Origin: an uncultured Enterobacteriaceae bacterium
Lineage (GTDB): Bacteria > Pseudomonadota > Gammaproteobacteria > Eutrophobiales > Eutrophobiaceae
Length of the DNA stretch: 34,485 bases
Assembly (NCBI GenBank): GCA_964502505.1
Contig: CAZCXC010000276.1
Span: 1 to 34,485 of the forward strand
Direction of reading: 5' to 3'
The position numbers and the translations under genes were made by a program. The notes below the pieces were generated by a model, which was given only the letters and a program-made list of their open reading frames with translations, did no database searches and had not been told where the DNA came from. Position 1 is the first letter of the stretch; the number at the start of each line of letters is the position of its first letter. Shown piece after piece: positions 8,430 through 17,606 of this stretch.

Positions 8430-9653
8430 ATGCCATTTGATGAATCTGTCCAGCATCACGTTTGTATTGTTGGCGCAGGACCTGCAGGTGTCGTACTTGC
8501 ATTGCTATTTGCAAGACAAGGTATCCCAGTTACCTTACTTGAGGGTCAGGCTGATTTTGATAGGGATTTTAGAGGAGATACGCTACATGCATCTTCTTTG
8601 GAAATTTTTAATCAACTCGGGCTGGCAGAATCAATTCTGAAACTATCACGGGGCAAACTGGAGAAACTCCAATTTGGTAGTGCAGATAACTCAATCACAA
8701 TTGCTGAATTTTCAATGCTAGATACAGCATATCCTTATGTGGCTCTGATACCTCAAGAGCATTTTTTAAATTTCCTTACTGCCGAAGCAAAAAAACTGCC
8801 AAATTTTCGTTTGTTAATGAATGCAAAAGTAATTGATTTAATCAAGGAAGATAATCAAACAACAGGGGTTGTATATAAACATGAAGGACAAGAAAAAAGA
8901 TTGAATGCGTGCCTAACGATTGGGGCCGATGGACGTGGTTCAACTGTGAGACAAAAGGCGGGTATTAAATTAGGTAAAACATCACCCCCCATGGATGTTA
9001 TCTGGTTTAAATTACCACGTGATCATGATAATGCGCTGGGTCAAGCAGCAGAGATCCGGTTTGGTTCAGGCACGATGTTGGTCATGATTGATAGAGGTGA
9101 CGAATGGCAAATGGGATTTGTAGTTATGAAAGGTTCATACAAAAAATTACGAGAGTCGGGCATGGGGTCTTTTCATAATGAATTATTGAAACTGGTTCCA
9201 GAACTAAAAAAATCTATATCGGTACTTAAGGATTGGTCACAGTGCGCAATTTTATCAGTTGTTACTGGGCGTGTAGATCAGTGGCATCAACCGGGATTAC
9301 TTTTAATTGGCGATGCAGCGCATGTGATGTCGCCAGTGGGTGGGGTAGGTATTAACTACGCCATACATGATGCAGTTGCAGTAGCAAATCTGTTGACCGA
9401 ACCACTCATCAAAGGAAGTGTGACAGAGAAAAATCTGGCTAAAGTACAACAGCAACGTGAAAGACCAATCCAGTTTATCCAAACAGTCCAGGCTTTTATA
9501 CAAAAAAGAATAATCGCAAGTGCGCTAAAGACAGATAAACCCTTTCGGCCACCATTGCCTATGCGTGTCATGTCTAATTTTTCATTCTTTCGGAAGATAA
9601 TGGCACGCATTATTGCCTTTGGATTAAGGCCAGAAACTTTAAAAAATGTATGA
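8430..9653 (+). CDS. FAD-dependent monooxygenase/oxidoreductase (UbiH/PheA-type fold)
   Basis: VCIVGAGPAGV (GxGxxG) and GDAAHVMSPVGGVGINYAIHDA. ATG at 8430 follows AAAGAGGGGG. The 8103 ORF start runs antisense into typA and is rejected. Confidence 0.85.
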   Translation: MPFDESVQHHVCIVGAGPAGVVLALLFARQGIPVTLLEGQADFDRDFRGDTLHASSLEIFNQLGLAESILKLSRGKLEKLQFGSADNSITIAEFSMLDTAYPYVALIPQEHFLNFLTAEAKKLPNFRLLMNAKVIDLIKEDNQTTGVVYKHEGQEKRLNACLTIGADGRGSTVRQKAGIKLGKTSPPMDVIWFKLPRDHDNALGQAAEIRFGSGTMLVMIDRGDEWQMGFVVMKGSYKKLRESGMGSFHNELLKLVPELKKSISVLKDWSQCAILSVVTGRVDQWHQPGLLLIGDAAHVMSPVGGVGINYAIHDAVAVANLLTEPLIKGSVTEKNLAKVQQQRERPIQFIQTVQAFIQKRIIASALKTDKPFRPPLPMRVMSNFSFFRKIMARIIAFGLRPETLKNV

Positions 9654-9670
9654 TTTTTTTTCTTAGGGGA

Positions 9671-9724
9671 AATAAAAAACCCGGAATCGCTCAAGTGGGG
9701 GAGGAGGGTAAGAGCGAGACCGGG
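9671..9724 (-). terminator. Intrinsic terminator-like hairpin with a T-run on the minus strand
   Basis: Plus strand 9680-9692 CCCGGAATCGCTC pairs with 9712-9724 GAGCGAGACCGGG (5 bp, a 2x2 internal loop, then 6 bp; 19-nt loop). On the minus strand the hairpin is followed by TTTTTTATT (9679-9671). Confidence 0.55.
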
Positions 9725-9764
9725 CTAATTACAAGCATCTAGAGAGAAAATGATGTCTGCTATG
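9671..9764 (-). ncRNA. Candidate small RNA (about 90-100 nt) with a C-rich loop, or the 3'UTR end of the antiporter mRNA
   Basis: TAGAAT -10 (minus strand, 9776-9771). CRP-like sites are centred about -42 and -94 from the implied start near 9764. The terminator lies at 9724-9671. There is no experimental or homology support. Confidence 0.3.
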
Positions 9765-9798
9765 CTGGGTATTCTAGTAGATCTTGCTTGGGGGGGAG

Positions 9799-9814
9799 TG
9801 TGATGAAATACACA
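9799..9814. promoter_or_regulatory. Near-consensus CRP-type site TGTGA-N6-ACACA
   Basis: TGTGAtgaaatACACA, with 9 of 10 consensus positions. It lies 52 bp from the perfect site. The same sequence could instead fold as a 6-bp hairpin (AGTGTG/CACACT). Confidence 0.3.
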
Positions 9815-9850
9815 CTTCTGATATCTTAAATTTTATATAGTTGAATTTAG

Positions 9851-9866
9851 TGTGAACGAGTTCACA
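9851..9866. promoter_or_regulatory. Perfect CRP/Vfr-type palindrome TGTGA-N6-TCACA
   Basis: TGTGAacgagtTCACA, located in the 267-bp gap between the convergent 3' ends at 9653 and 9921. Confidence 0.5.
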
Positions 9867-9920
9867 TTAATTGATTTTCTCTCACAACAAGGAGTTTTTC
9901 GGGTAATTATCGATTGGCTA

Positions 9921-11726
9921 TCAGAAATTCACTTTTTCAGGCTGGATAAGGCTGGCAACGATCCAGTCTGGTTCTGGTTTGAAGGTCTCTTCTACTACAA
10001 AAAAATGTAAGCGGCGTTTTTTATCTATAGCAAATAAAGGGATAATCAGTCCTTCATATTTTTCCATGTATTGCTCAAAGTTAAATGCATCACTTAATTG
10101 AGTACTGCGTATTTCTGCTCCATTGCGCAACCATGAAGCAAGTACACCATGGGTAACGTCATCACCAAATAATTGATAACCACGATGACGGGTCGATATT
10201 TTATGCTTGTCGTCAATGATGTTTTCACGCGTTGTTTTTAATTCAAAAACACCCTTTTGACCAAAATCAGCCCTAAAACGCAAGCTGGCAAGTGTATCTA
10301 GATTACCTCGACCGGACATAGCTAACATGCGACCAACACCAACGAGATCAAGGTTACGTTCAGCATGTTCAGAAATAGGATTGCCGTAGTAAGTGATTAA
10401 ACCTTCCATGCGTGCAAAACTTGTGTTTTCCCAATTGCTATCAGTTAGGACAACTTTAAAATTATGATCTTGTAGTGCTTTGCCGATTGCTCGTGCAACG
10501 TTTCCGGCACCGATTAGCAAAACACCATCGGGTTCTGGTTCTCTAACATTAAGCCATATCGCAAATTGTTTTGCAGTTGCACTTTGTATAACAACCGTTC
10601 CTATGATTACCAGAAAGGTTAGTGGAACTAAAAATACTGCATCCGGGTGTCCTGCTTCTTCTAATCGGAGCGCAAAGACCGATGCTACTGCAGCAGCGAC
10701 TATCCCTCGAGGGCCAATCCATGAAATTAAAAATTTTTCATTAAAAGAAAGATCAGAATTCCAGGATGAAACCCATACAGCTAAAGGTCTTGCTAACAGC
10801 ATGATAACGATGAGTATACTTATAGCTTGCCAACCAATTTGGCTGAATTGATAAAATTCAATGCGTGCAGCAAGTATGATAAATAAACCAGAAATCAGCA
10901 GCACACTCAGACTTTCTTTGAAATCCAAAATATCATCAATATTTGTGTCATCCATATTAGCGAGCGTCATTCCCATGATGGTGACTGCAAGCAAACCGGA
11001 TTCATGTTCAATAAAATCAGCAAATCCATAAACCGCAAAGACTAACGTTAGTGTTAGTACATTACGCAAATACTCAGGCACATAATGCCGTCTTAATACC
11101 AGGCCAAGTAACCAGGCAGCTACGATCCCGATCAGCGTTCCAAAAAGGACAATACCCCCAAACGCAAAAGCAACACTTGTAAATGCATTACCTGACTGAC
11201 GTGAGATAATAAAATCGAAAACCAGTACAGCAAGCAATGCACCGAGTGGATCAATTGCAATACCTTCCCAACGTAAGATATTGGCAATTTTTGCGTTAGG
11301 CCGAACAGTCCGTAGCATAGGCATAATGACGGTTGGTCCAGTGACAACAACTACAGCCCCGAACAACAATGAAATTTCGAATGGGAATGCGAGCATAAAA
11401 TAGGTTGCTGCTGAAGTGATCAGCCAAGTAATTAATGCACCAATAGAGATAAGATTACGAACCACTGAACCTGAACCTCTTATCTCGTCTATCCTTAGGG
11501 TCAAACTGCCTTCGAACAAGATAATGGCAACAGATAGTGACACCATGGGAAATAATAAATCACCAAACAGATCATCTGGTTTTAATATTCCTGTCACGGG
11601 TCCCACTACTAACCCGCTAAGCAAGAGAAAAAGAATGGCAGGTAATTTTGCCCACCATGCGAGCCATTGGCAGGCAATACCTAAAACACCGATACCTGCT
11701 AGCGAGATAAGTATTTCATTATGCAT
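9921..11726 (-). CDS. Cation:proton antiporter (CPA1/NhaP-like) with a C-terminal RCK/TrkA-N domain
   Basis: 601 aa with about 12 TM segments in the N-terminal two thirds. The cytoplasmic domain carries LLIGAGNVARAIGKAL (Rossmann GxGxxG). Confidence 0.88.
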   Translation of the reverse strand: MHNEILISLAGIGVLGIACQWLAWWAKLPAILFLLLSGLVVGPVTGILKPDDLFGDLLFPMVSLSVAIILFEGSLTLRIDEIRGSGSVVRNLISIGALITWLITSAATYFMLAFPFEISLLFGAVVVVTGPTVIMPMLRTVRPNAKIANILRWEGIAIDPLGALLAVLVFDFIISRQSGNAFTSVAFAFGGIVLFGTLIGIVAAWLLGLVLRRHYVPEYLRNVLTLTLVFAVYGFADFIEHESGLLAVTIMGMTLANMDDTNIDDILDFKESLSVLLISGLFIILAARIEFYQFSQIGWQAISILIVIMLLARPLAVWVSSWNSDLSFNEKFLISWIGPRGIVAAAVASVFALRLEEAGHPDAVFLVPLTFLVIIGTVVIQSATAKQFAIWLNVREPEPDGVLLIGAGNVARAIGKALQDHNFKVVLTDSNWENTSFARMEGLITYYGNPISEHAERNLDLVGVGRMLAMSGRGNLDTLASLRFRADFGQKGVFELKTTRENIIDDKHKISTRHRGYQLFGDDVTHGVLASWLRNGAEIRSTQLSDAFNFEQYMEKYEGLIIPLFAIDKKRRLHFFVVEETFKPEPDWIVASLIQPEKVNF

Positions 11727-11780
11727 TCAAATTATGATCCTGCAAATATGGTCCTACAATAATTTTTATTCGTTAATTAA

Positions 11781-12191
11781 TTAGCTGCGAGGGCAGGGTG
11801 GAATATTTAAATATATGACTGAAAAGCGACCAGCTATTTTATTTAGGTATTGGCGCTGTACTGAATAAGCCTCGCGCTCGCGTCGATTGTGATCATCACA
11901 ACTTTCAGCGTCAAATTTCCCACTGAGATCTTGTAGGTAATGTACTAATTCATGGACAATGAGACTCCGTGTCATAGCATCGTATTGACCTTTAACACGT
12001 TCATCTAGAAAGATAGTGCCATTATCATCATACCAACCAGCAACCGAACATTTTTTATGTCCAAGGCATACATTTTCGACGAAGAATGCATGAGGCCGAT
12101 ACTCCAGTGCTGGAGATACTTCAGGATGGGGGTAACTGGTAAGATAAATAGTCCAACTCAATAAAACAGTAATCATTTTGGTTATATCCAT
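11781..12191 (-). CDS. Small exported HExxH-motif protein (putative minimal zinc metallopeptidase-like)
   Basis: 136 aa with an N-terminal hydrophobic signal or anchor, a VHELVHYLQ (HExxH) motif, a downstream Glu-rich REREAY and 5 Cys in total (C42, C48, C98, C133 outside the N-terminal hydrophobic segment). Family not recognised. Confidence 0.55.
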   Translation of the reverse strand: MDITKMITVLLSWTIYLTSYPHPEVSPALEYRPHAFFVENVCLGHKKCSVAGWYDDNGTIFLDERVKGQYDAMTRSLIVHELVHYLQDLSGKFDAESCDDHNRREREAYSVQRQYLNKIAGRFSVIYLNIPPCPRS

Positions 12192-12228
12192 TTTTGATTA
12201 CCTGACTACCTACAGATTTAGGATAAAT

Positions 12229-13443
12229 TTAAGTCGGACGTTGAAAAACCAATGTGGCATTAGTGCCTCCAAAACCAAAACTGTTTGACATTACTGCATT
12301 GAGATTTGCATCATCCTGACGCTGCAAAATTATTGGCATTCCATTTGCTCCTGTATCCAATTCTGTTACGTTAGCAGATGCACTGATAAAATCATGTTCC
12401 AACATTAATAATGAATAAATTGCTTCATTCGCTCCCGCAGCTCCTAAGCCATGACCACTTAAAGATTTTGTCGCACTGATTGCAGGTATTTTTTCTTTAA
12501 AAACCTCTTTAATAGCGCTCAGTTCTGTTATATCACCTGCAGGTGTGCTCGTTGCATGAGCGTTAATATAGTCAATGGGTGTTTTAACTGTTGTTAGTGC
12601 TTGTTGCATACAGCGCACTGCACCTTCTCCTGAAGGTTTAACCATATCATGTCCATCTGACGTAGCGCCGTAGCCAGTTATCTCAGCATAGATTTTTGCG
12701 TCTCTTACTAGGGCATGTTCCATCTCTTCCAACACAAGAATACCTCCACCACCAGAAATGACAAAACCATCACGGCTAGCGTCATATGGACGTGATGCTG
12801 TTTCCGGTGAATGATTATATTTGGACGAAAGTGCACCCATAGCATCAAACAGTAAAGTGCTGGTCCAGTGGACTTCATCTCCGCCACCGGCAAAGATAAT
12901 GTCTTGTTTTCCACTTTGGATAAGCTCATAGGCATTGCCAATACAATGCGTACTCGTGGCACATGCAGAGCTGATTGAATAATTAACTCCTTTAACCTGA
13001 TAGGCGACTGAGAGACAGGCGCTATTTGTGCTAGTCATTATGCGTGGCACCATCGTTGGTCTGACTGTACGGGCACCTTTATCTCGGAGTGTATCAATGG
13101 CCAGAGACATATTTTCATTTGAACCGCCACCTGATCCTACTATCAGACCAGAGCGTGGATTGGAAATATTATTCTCTTCAAGCGCTGCATCTTCTATTGC
13201 TTCTCGCATTGCTAAATAAGTGAAGGCAGCGCTATCACCCATAAAGCGTCTGAATTTACGATCTATTAATTCATTAATATTTAATTTTATTGAACCATGC
13301 ACATGAGAGCGAAAACCCAATTCCTCATATTCGGGTGAAAATTCAATCCCGCTTTTTCCAGATCTTAATGAATCTAAAACTTCATGTTTGTTTTTTCCAA
13401 TACTGGAAACTATGCCAAGGCCGGTGACAACAACTCTTTTCAT
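12229..13443 (-). CDS. fabB: 3-oxoacyl-ACP synthase I
   Basis: [16 protein letters not shown], active-site SSACATS, and HATSTPAGD and GHGLGAAG motifs. It sits immediately downstream of fabA. Confidence 0.92.
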   Translation of the reverse strand: MKRVVVTGLGIVSSIGKNKHEVLDSLRSGKSGIEFSPEYEELGFRSHVHGSIKLNINELIDRKFRRFMGDSAAFTYLAMREAIEDAALEENNISNPRSGLIVGSGGGSNENMSLAIDTLRDKGARTVRPTMVPRIMTSTNSACLSVAYQVKGVNYSISSACATSTHCIGNAYELIQSGKQDIIFAGGGDEVHWTSTLLFDAMGALSSKYNHSPETASRPYDASRDGFVISGGGGILVLEEMEHALVRDAKIYAEITGYGATSDGHDMVKPSGEGAVRCMQQALTTVKTPIDYINAHATSTPAGDITELSAIKEVFKEKIPAISATKSLSGHGLGAAGANEAIYSLLMLEHDFISASANVTELDTGANGMPIILQRQDDANLNAVMSNSFGFGGTNATLVFQRPT

Positions 13444-13454
13444 GACAATTTTCG

Positions 13455-13970
13455 TTAGAACCCTTCAGTTGATTCAAATAATCCAACTCGTAGATCTTTT
13501 GCGATATAAATTTCTTTACCATCCACTTCCATATGTGCATTTGCAACACCCATTTTTAATTTCCGCAGAATAACGCGCTTCATGTCAATATGATAGGTTA
13601 TTAGTTTGTTTTCCGGGGTTACCTGGCCCGTGAATTTTACTTCGCTTGCGCCAAGTGCTCGACCATGTCCTGGAGCGCCTAACCAACCCATGAAGAAACC
13701 AATCAATTGCCACATAGCATCAAGACCAAGGCAGCCTGGCATGACAGGGTCATTCTGGAAATGACATGCGAAAAACCACTGTTCAGGAACAATATCTAAC
13801 TCTGCAATAATTTGTCCTTTACCAAAAGAACCCCCATCTTCATTTATGCATGTTATTCGATCAAACATAAGCATAGGGGGCAATGGGAGTTGAGCATTGC
13901 CCTCACCAAACATTTCACCTCTTGCGCAAACTAAAAGTTCCTCTTTTGTATAGCTATTTTTTTTATCCAT
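13455..13970 (-). CDS. fabA: 3-hydroxydecanoyl-ACP dehydratase / trans-2-decenoyl-ACP isomerase
   Basis: 171 aa. [13 protein letters not shown]...[24 protein letters not shown] is the canonical FabA sequence. Confidence 0.95.
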   Translation of the reverse strand: MDKKNSYTKEELLVCARGEMFGEGNAQLPLPPMLMFDRITCINEDGGSFGKGQIIAELDIVPEQWFFACHFQNDPVMPGCLGLDAMWQLIGFFMGWLGAPGHGRALGASEVKFTGQVTPENKLITYHIDMKRVILRKLKMGVANAHMEVDGKEIYIAKDLRVGLFESTEGF

Positions 13971-14124
13971 ATAATTTCCAGTATCTCATGTACTTTTTAT
14001 TATTTCCGCATAATTTTTATAGATCAATCATTATGCAGACTAATTATATACTGTGAACAAAATCTATTTAAATCTGTCTATGGCCTGAGGGAGCAAATTA
14101 TAGCAAACACGCACTGACAAAAAG

Positions 14125-15288
14125 ATGAAAAAAATATTTTTGTCTCATTCAGCAAGATGGCGACTGATTATACTAGGTAGCTGTCTGATCATATTGGCAA
14201 CGTATTGGCTCTTGATCAAGTCAAGTATGTTGGCAGATTCAACATTAAGGAAAAATCTGGAATGGCCAACAACGGATTTCTCAAAGCGAATTGTTGAATT
14301 GGAGGAAATACATTCGGGTGGACCGCCTAAAGATGGTATTCCAGCAATCGATAACCCTAAGTTTATATCTATTGAGGAAGCTAATAGTTGGCTAAATGAG
14401 AATGAGCCGGTCATTGAACTTGAAATAAATAATGAGATAAAGGCCTATCCCTTACAAATAATGATTTACCATGAAATCGTAAATGATACCGTAGGTGGTA
14501 TTCCTGTTTCTGTAACGTTTTGTCCACTATGTAATGCGACTATTGTTTTTGATCGAAGAGTTAATAATCAAATTCTTGATTTTGGTACAACTGGGAAACT
14601 CAGGATGAGTGATATGGTGATGTATGATCGTCAAACAGAAAGTTGGTGGCAACAATTTACTGGAACGGGCATTGTTGGTGAATATGCCGGTATAAAATTA
14701 AAACAAGTTACAGCCAATATTGTTGCATATGGAGATTTTCGATTTGCATATCCAGATGCAAAAATATTGTCGCGTAAAACAGGATATTTTAGATCCTATG
14801 GTAAAAATCCATATCGCGGTTACGATAAAGTTGGTGATATACCTTTTTTATTTAATGATGCAATCGATGCTCGTTTACCGGCAATGGAACGTGTAATTTT
14901 TATACGTAATAATGATCAGCAACGATTATATCCATTCAGTATATTCAATGGACAACCAGTGATTAATGACGAAATCACGGGCTTGCCTGTGGTACTGATG
15001 AGTAAACAAGGCACATTATCTGTTCTGGATGAAAGCAAAATAGTTGATTCACGACTGATACCTTCGGTTACTGCATGGTCAAGACGTTTAGATAATCGTA
15101 TTTTAAATTTTGAATATAGTGATGACGTAATTAAAGATATAGAAACTGGATCCAGCTGGGATATTTTAGGACGCGCAATTGCTGGACCATTGGTTGGAAA
15201 ACGATTAGAAAAGGTTAATAGTGGTGTTCATTTCGCATTTGCGTGGTTAGCGTTCAATCCAAATTCTGATATCTATCAGCAGCAATAG
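14125..15288 (+). CDS. DUF3179 domain-containing protein (membrane-anchored)
   Basis: PPKDGIPAIDNPKF, YPLQIMIYHEIVND and VTFCPLCNA are DUF3179 hallmarks. An N-terminal TM helix is present. Confidence 0.85.
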   Translation: MKKIFLSHSARWRLIILGSCLIILATYWLLIKSSMLADSTLRKNLEWPTTDFSKRIVELEEIHSGGPPKDGIPAIDNPKFISIEEANSWLNENEPVIELEINNEIKAYPLQIMIYHEIVNDTVGGIPVSVTFCPLCNATIVFDRRVNNQILDFGTTGKLRMSDMVMYDRQTESWWQQFTGTGIVGEYAGIKLKQVTANIVAYGDFRFAYPDAKILSRKTGYFRSYGKNPYRGYDKVGDIPFLFNDAIDARLPAMERVIFIRNNDQQRLYPFSIFNGQPVINDEITGLPVVLMSKQGTLSVLDESKIVDSRLIPSVTAWSRRLDNRILNFEYSDDVIKDIETGSSWDILGRAIAGPLVGKRLEKVNSGVHFAFAWLAFNPNSDIYQQQ

Positions 15289-15290
15289 TC

Positions 15291-15334
15291 TTGACAGTGT
15301 TGCGCTTGTCGTTAGACTCACTTGCAGTGCACAA
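15291..15334 (+). promoter_or_regulatory. Predicted sigma70 promoter of ispG followed by a TTGCAGTGCACAA motif
   Basis: TTGACA (15291-15296), a 16-bp spacer, TAGACT (15313-15318), then cac and TTGCAGTGCACAA (15322-15334). The motif ends 15 nt before the ispG ATG. Confidence 0.45.
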
Positions 15335-15349
15335 ATCTGGTAATAATTA

Positions 15350-16585
15350 ATGGATAATGTAAGCATCTTGTTTCAAAGACGTATGAGTGTTGGCGTTAAA
15401 GTCGGTTCTGTCACTATTGGGGGAGATAACCCAATCGTTGTCCAGTCGATGACTAATACTGATACAGCGGATGTTGATGCTACTGTTAAACAAGTACAGC
15501 AACTTGCCGCAGCAGGTTCGGAACTGGTGCGAATAACTGTAAATAACGAAGAAGCAGCCTCTAAGGTAGGTGAAATTCGTGACAAGCTTGATGGCATGGG
15601 GTGCAGTGTTCCTCTTGTGGGCGATTTTCATTACAACGGGCATACTTTACTCAATAAATATCCAGATTGTGCAGAGGCACTTGCCAAATATCGAATCAAC
15701 CCAGGTAATGTTGGTTTTGGCAGGAAAAAGGACAGTCAGTTTGCCACCATGATCGAAAAGGCAATTGAATATAAAAAACCTGTTCGAATCGGAGTGAACT
15801 GGGGTAGTCTTGATCAGGAATTATTGACTCGGATGATGGATGATAATGCGAAATTAAAGGAGCCCGCAGATGCTGAGGATGTAATGCAACAAGCTCTTAT
15901 TGTGTCGGCTTTAAGCAATGCAGAACGTGCCGAGGAAATTGGTTTGCCTCGAGATCATATTGTTCTCTCTTGTAAGGTCAGTGGGGTTCAGAAATTAATA
16001 TCTGTCTATCGAGATTTAGCATCAAGATGTGATTATGCATTGCATCTTGGTTTGACTGAAGCGGGTATGGGTTCCAAAGGAATTGTTGCCTCGACTGCCG
16101 CCATGGGAGTACTTCTGCATGAGGGTATAGGCGATACCATCCGTGTTTCATTGACACCAGAGCCTGGTGGAGATAGAGCAAAAGAAGTGATCGTTGCTCA
16201 GGAAATTCTTCAGACGATGGGCATTCGATCATTCACTCCACTAGTAATAGCTTGTCCGGGTTGTGGAAGGACGACCAGTAGTTTTTTTCAAGAACTCGCT
16301 GACAGCATCCAGGCGTACGTTCGTAGTCAAATGCCAATATGGCGGGAAAAGTACGTTGGTGTGGAAGAAATGAATCTTGCCGTCATGGGCTGTGTTGTAA
16401 ATGGTCCAGGTGAAAGCAAGCACGCTAATATTGGAATTAGTCTGCCTGGTACAGGTGAGACTCCATCTGCCCCGGTGTTTATTGATGGAGAAAAAGTAAC
16501 GACATTGCGCGGGGAGAATATAGCAGAAGATTTTAGAGGAATTGTGGATAGCTATGTTGAACAGCATTATTCACGTAAACCGTAA
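15350..16585 (+). CDS. ispG: 4-hydroxy-3-methylbut-2-en-1-yl diphosphate synthase (flavodoxin)
   Basis: [30 protein letters not shown] and [10 protein letters not shown] (Fe-S Cys ligands). Confidence 0.95.
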   Translation: MDNVSILFQRRMSVGVKVGSVTIGGDNPIVVQSMTNTDTADVDATVKQVQQLAAAGSELVRITVNNEEAASKVGEIRDKLDGMGCSVPLVGDFHYNGHTLLNKYPDCAEALAKYRINPGNVGFGRKKDSQFATMIEKAIEYKKPVRIGVNWGSLDQELLTRMMDDNAKLKEPADAEDVMQQALIVSALSNAERAEEIGLPRDHIVLSCKVSGVQKLISVYRDLASRCDYALHLGLTEAGMGSKGIVASTAAMGVLLHEGIGDTIRVSLTPEPGGDRAKEVIVAQEILQTMGIRSFTPLVIACPGCGRTTSSFFQELADSIQAYVRSQMPIWREKYVGVEEMNLAVMGCVVNGPGESKHANIGISLPGTGETPSAPVFIDGEKVTTLRGENIAEDFRGIVDSYVEQHYSRKP

Positions 16586-16629
16586 TAAATGTTAATGTTT
16601 AGAGGGATTTTAATGACTTAGCTCAATTA

Positions 16630-16645
16630 TGTGATGAACATCACA
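16630..16645. promoter_or_regulatory. Perfect CRP/Vfr-type palindrome upstream of the OmpA-family lipoprotein gene
   Basis: TGTGAtgaacaTCACA. A perfect TATAAT lies at 16678-16683 and the gene starts at 16771. Confidence 0.45.
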
Positions 16646-16770
16646 ATCAAATTGGTTTGAAACTACAAATACTTATCTATAATCAGGTGAAATTAGATTT
16701 ATTTTGAGTATAGTTTATAGGTAGAGGTCGGGAATCAATAATAAGCAAATCACAGGAGGAGGTTGCAATA

Positions 16771-17550
16771 ATGAAACAATTTAGATTACTAGTGGCACTG
16801 TTCATGATCACATTATTAGCGGGATGTGCCAACAACATCACACGTGATGAATGGAAGGCGTGTCTTTGGGGAACAGCCATTGCGGGTGCCGGTATTGGCT
16901 CTGTAGGTAATGTCCCTGGTGCCGCTGCAGGTACGGCAATCGGTGCATTAATTGGCTCATTTATGTGCGGGACGGTTGGACAGGCGCCAGCGATGGCACC
17001 CGAACCCGAATCGCAGGCGGGCCATTTCTGGGCAGATGATCAGGACTATGATGGTGTCTTGGATGCGGATGATCATTGTCCCTTAACGCCGGAAGGTGTT
17101 GCAGTGGATAGTAACGGTTGTGCGCATGATAGTGACGGTGATGGCGTACCGGATTATCTGGATCAATGTCCAGAAACCCCACTGGGTTCTGTCGTAGATA
17201 CCAGTGGTTGTCCGTATACGATCTTGACGTTATCGGACGTACACTTTGAATTTGATAGCGCAAACTTGACCAGTCTGGCCAAGTCAGTACTGAATCAAGC
17301 GACTTCTGCTGTTAACGCCAATGCCTCTACTGTGAGCGTTGAAGGGCATACCGATAGCACCGGATCGGATGATTATAATTTGGGCTTATCGCAACGACGC
17401 GCCCAGTCCGTGGTGGATTATCTGGTATCACAGGGAGTGAGCAGTTCTAAGCTACAGGCGAAGGGTTATGGTGAAAGTTCACCGATTACTTCAAATGCAA
17501 CTCGGGAAGGTCGGTCAAAGAACCGCCGAGTTGAGATTAGGAACCGTTAA
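16771..17550 (+). CDS. OmpA-family lipoprotein with thrombospondin type 3-like Ca-binding repeats
   Basis: Lipobox LLAGC, the repeats DQDYDGVLDADDHCP and DSDGDGVPDYLDQCP, and a C-terminal OmpA_C-like domain (GHTDSTGSDDYNLGLSQRRA...NRRVEI). Confidence 0.9.
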   Translation: MKQFRLLVALFMITLLAGCANNITRDEWKACLWGTAIAGAGIGSVGNVPGAAAGTAIGALIGSFMCGTVGQAPAMAPEPESQAGHFWADDQDYDGVLDADDHCPLTPEGVAVDSNGCAHDSDGDGVPDYLDQCPETPLGSVVDTSGCPYTILTLSDVHFEFDSANLTSLAKSVLNQATSAVNANASTVSVEGHTDSTGSDDYNLGLSQRRAQSVVDYLVSQGVSSSKLQAKGYGESSPITSNATREGRSKNRRVEIRNR

Positions 17551-17570
17551 TCGGTTTCTGTTGGTTTAAC

Positions 17571-17606
17571 AAAAGGGTAAGGAGAAATCCTTACCCTTTT
17601 TTGTTT
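17571..17606 (+). terminator. Rho-independent terminator after the ompA-family gene
   Basis: AAAAGGGTAAGGA-gaaa-TCCTTACCCTTTT forms a perfect 13-bp stem and is followed by TTGTTT. Confidence 0.8.

Noticed and set aside
9750-9803. 17-codon plus-strand mini-ORF MMSAMLGILVDLAWGGV with a GAGAGAAAA RBS-like sequence (possible type I toxin-like peptide)
   Set aside because: It is too short and lacks supporting features. There is no evident plus-strand promoter, so it cannot be told apart from chance. It is mentioned only as an alternative reading of the sRNA-candidate region.
16961-17263. His/Pro/Arg-rich antisense ORF within the ompA-family gene
   Set aside because: It is the antisense of the Asp/Gly-rich TSP3 repeat region, and the sense-strand gene has clear domain motifs.
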